The notes beneath the pieces were generated by a model, which was not told the origin of the DNA, searched no databases, and saw nothing but the letters and a program-made list of their open reading frames with translations. From Bacillota bacterium (lineage in GTDB: Bacteria > Bacillota > Clostridia > Lachnospirales > Lachnospiraceae), in contig JAEWEO010000198.1 of assembly GCA_023389295.1 (NCBI GenBank), forward strand, positions 6,688 to 70,687: a stretch of 64,000 nt of DNA, written 5' to 3'. Position numbers and translations under genes: made by a program. Of the stretch, positions 63,978 through 64,000 are shown one piece after another; the stretch's first letter is position 1, and every line of letters begins with the position of its first letter.

Positions 63978-64000
63978 ATGATCTTTATAACACTTGGATC
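63978..64000 (+). CDS. Start of PssE/Cps14G (Alg13-like) glycosyltransferase, truncated
   Basis: MIFITLG after RBS GGGGGAG; typical partner of Cps14F. Confidence 0.75.

Overview
AT-rich Clostridia chromosome segment. Ribosomal protein and RNAP signatures (L22 N-terminal extension, 178-aa L17, RpoB insertion) suggest Lachnospiraceae; this is inferred, not searched. Left to right: a Crp/Fnr regulator divergent from a 4Fe-4S protein/cupin/ferredoxin unit; rnfCDGEAB; LacI, FliD-like and AraC genes; an S8 protease; rpmG-secE-nusG-rplKA-rplJL; zupT; rpoBC; a phospho-sugar mutase; a MATE transporter; a pspA-ydjGHI-like operon; a SAM methyltransferase; the full S10-spc-alpha cluster; ecfA1A2T-truA; mgtC; and the start of an EPS/capsule locus. 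No tRNA, rRNA, transposase, integrase or cas gene is visible. The genes are mostly housekeeping, so the unusual signals are largely non-coding. (1) A ~64-bp-period array of double-hairpin units with compensatory changes lies upstream of rpoB. Related short duplication-plus-hairpin arrays sit at the 3' ends of rplJ and rpmC, possibly the footprint of an undescribed mini-element. (2) RpoB ends in an acidic tail plus a Cys4 zinc ribbon, and RpoC has a 112-aa acidic tail. (3) Four Rex-like boxes are phased at exactly 21 bp before rnf. (4) A structured RNA candidate lies inside the EPS operon. (5) Ribosomal operon spacers are expanded and tiled with hairpins. (6) Two perfect DnaA boxes precede ecfA1.
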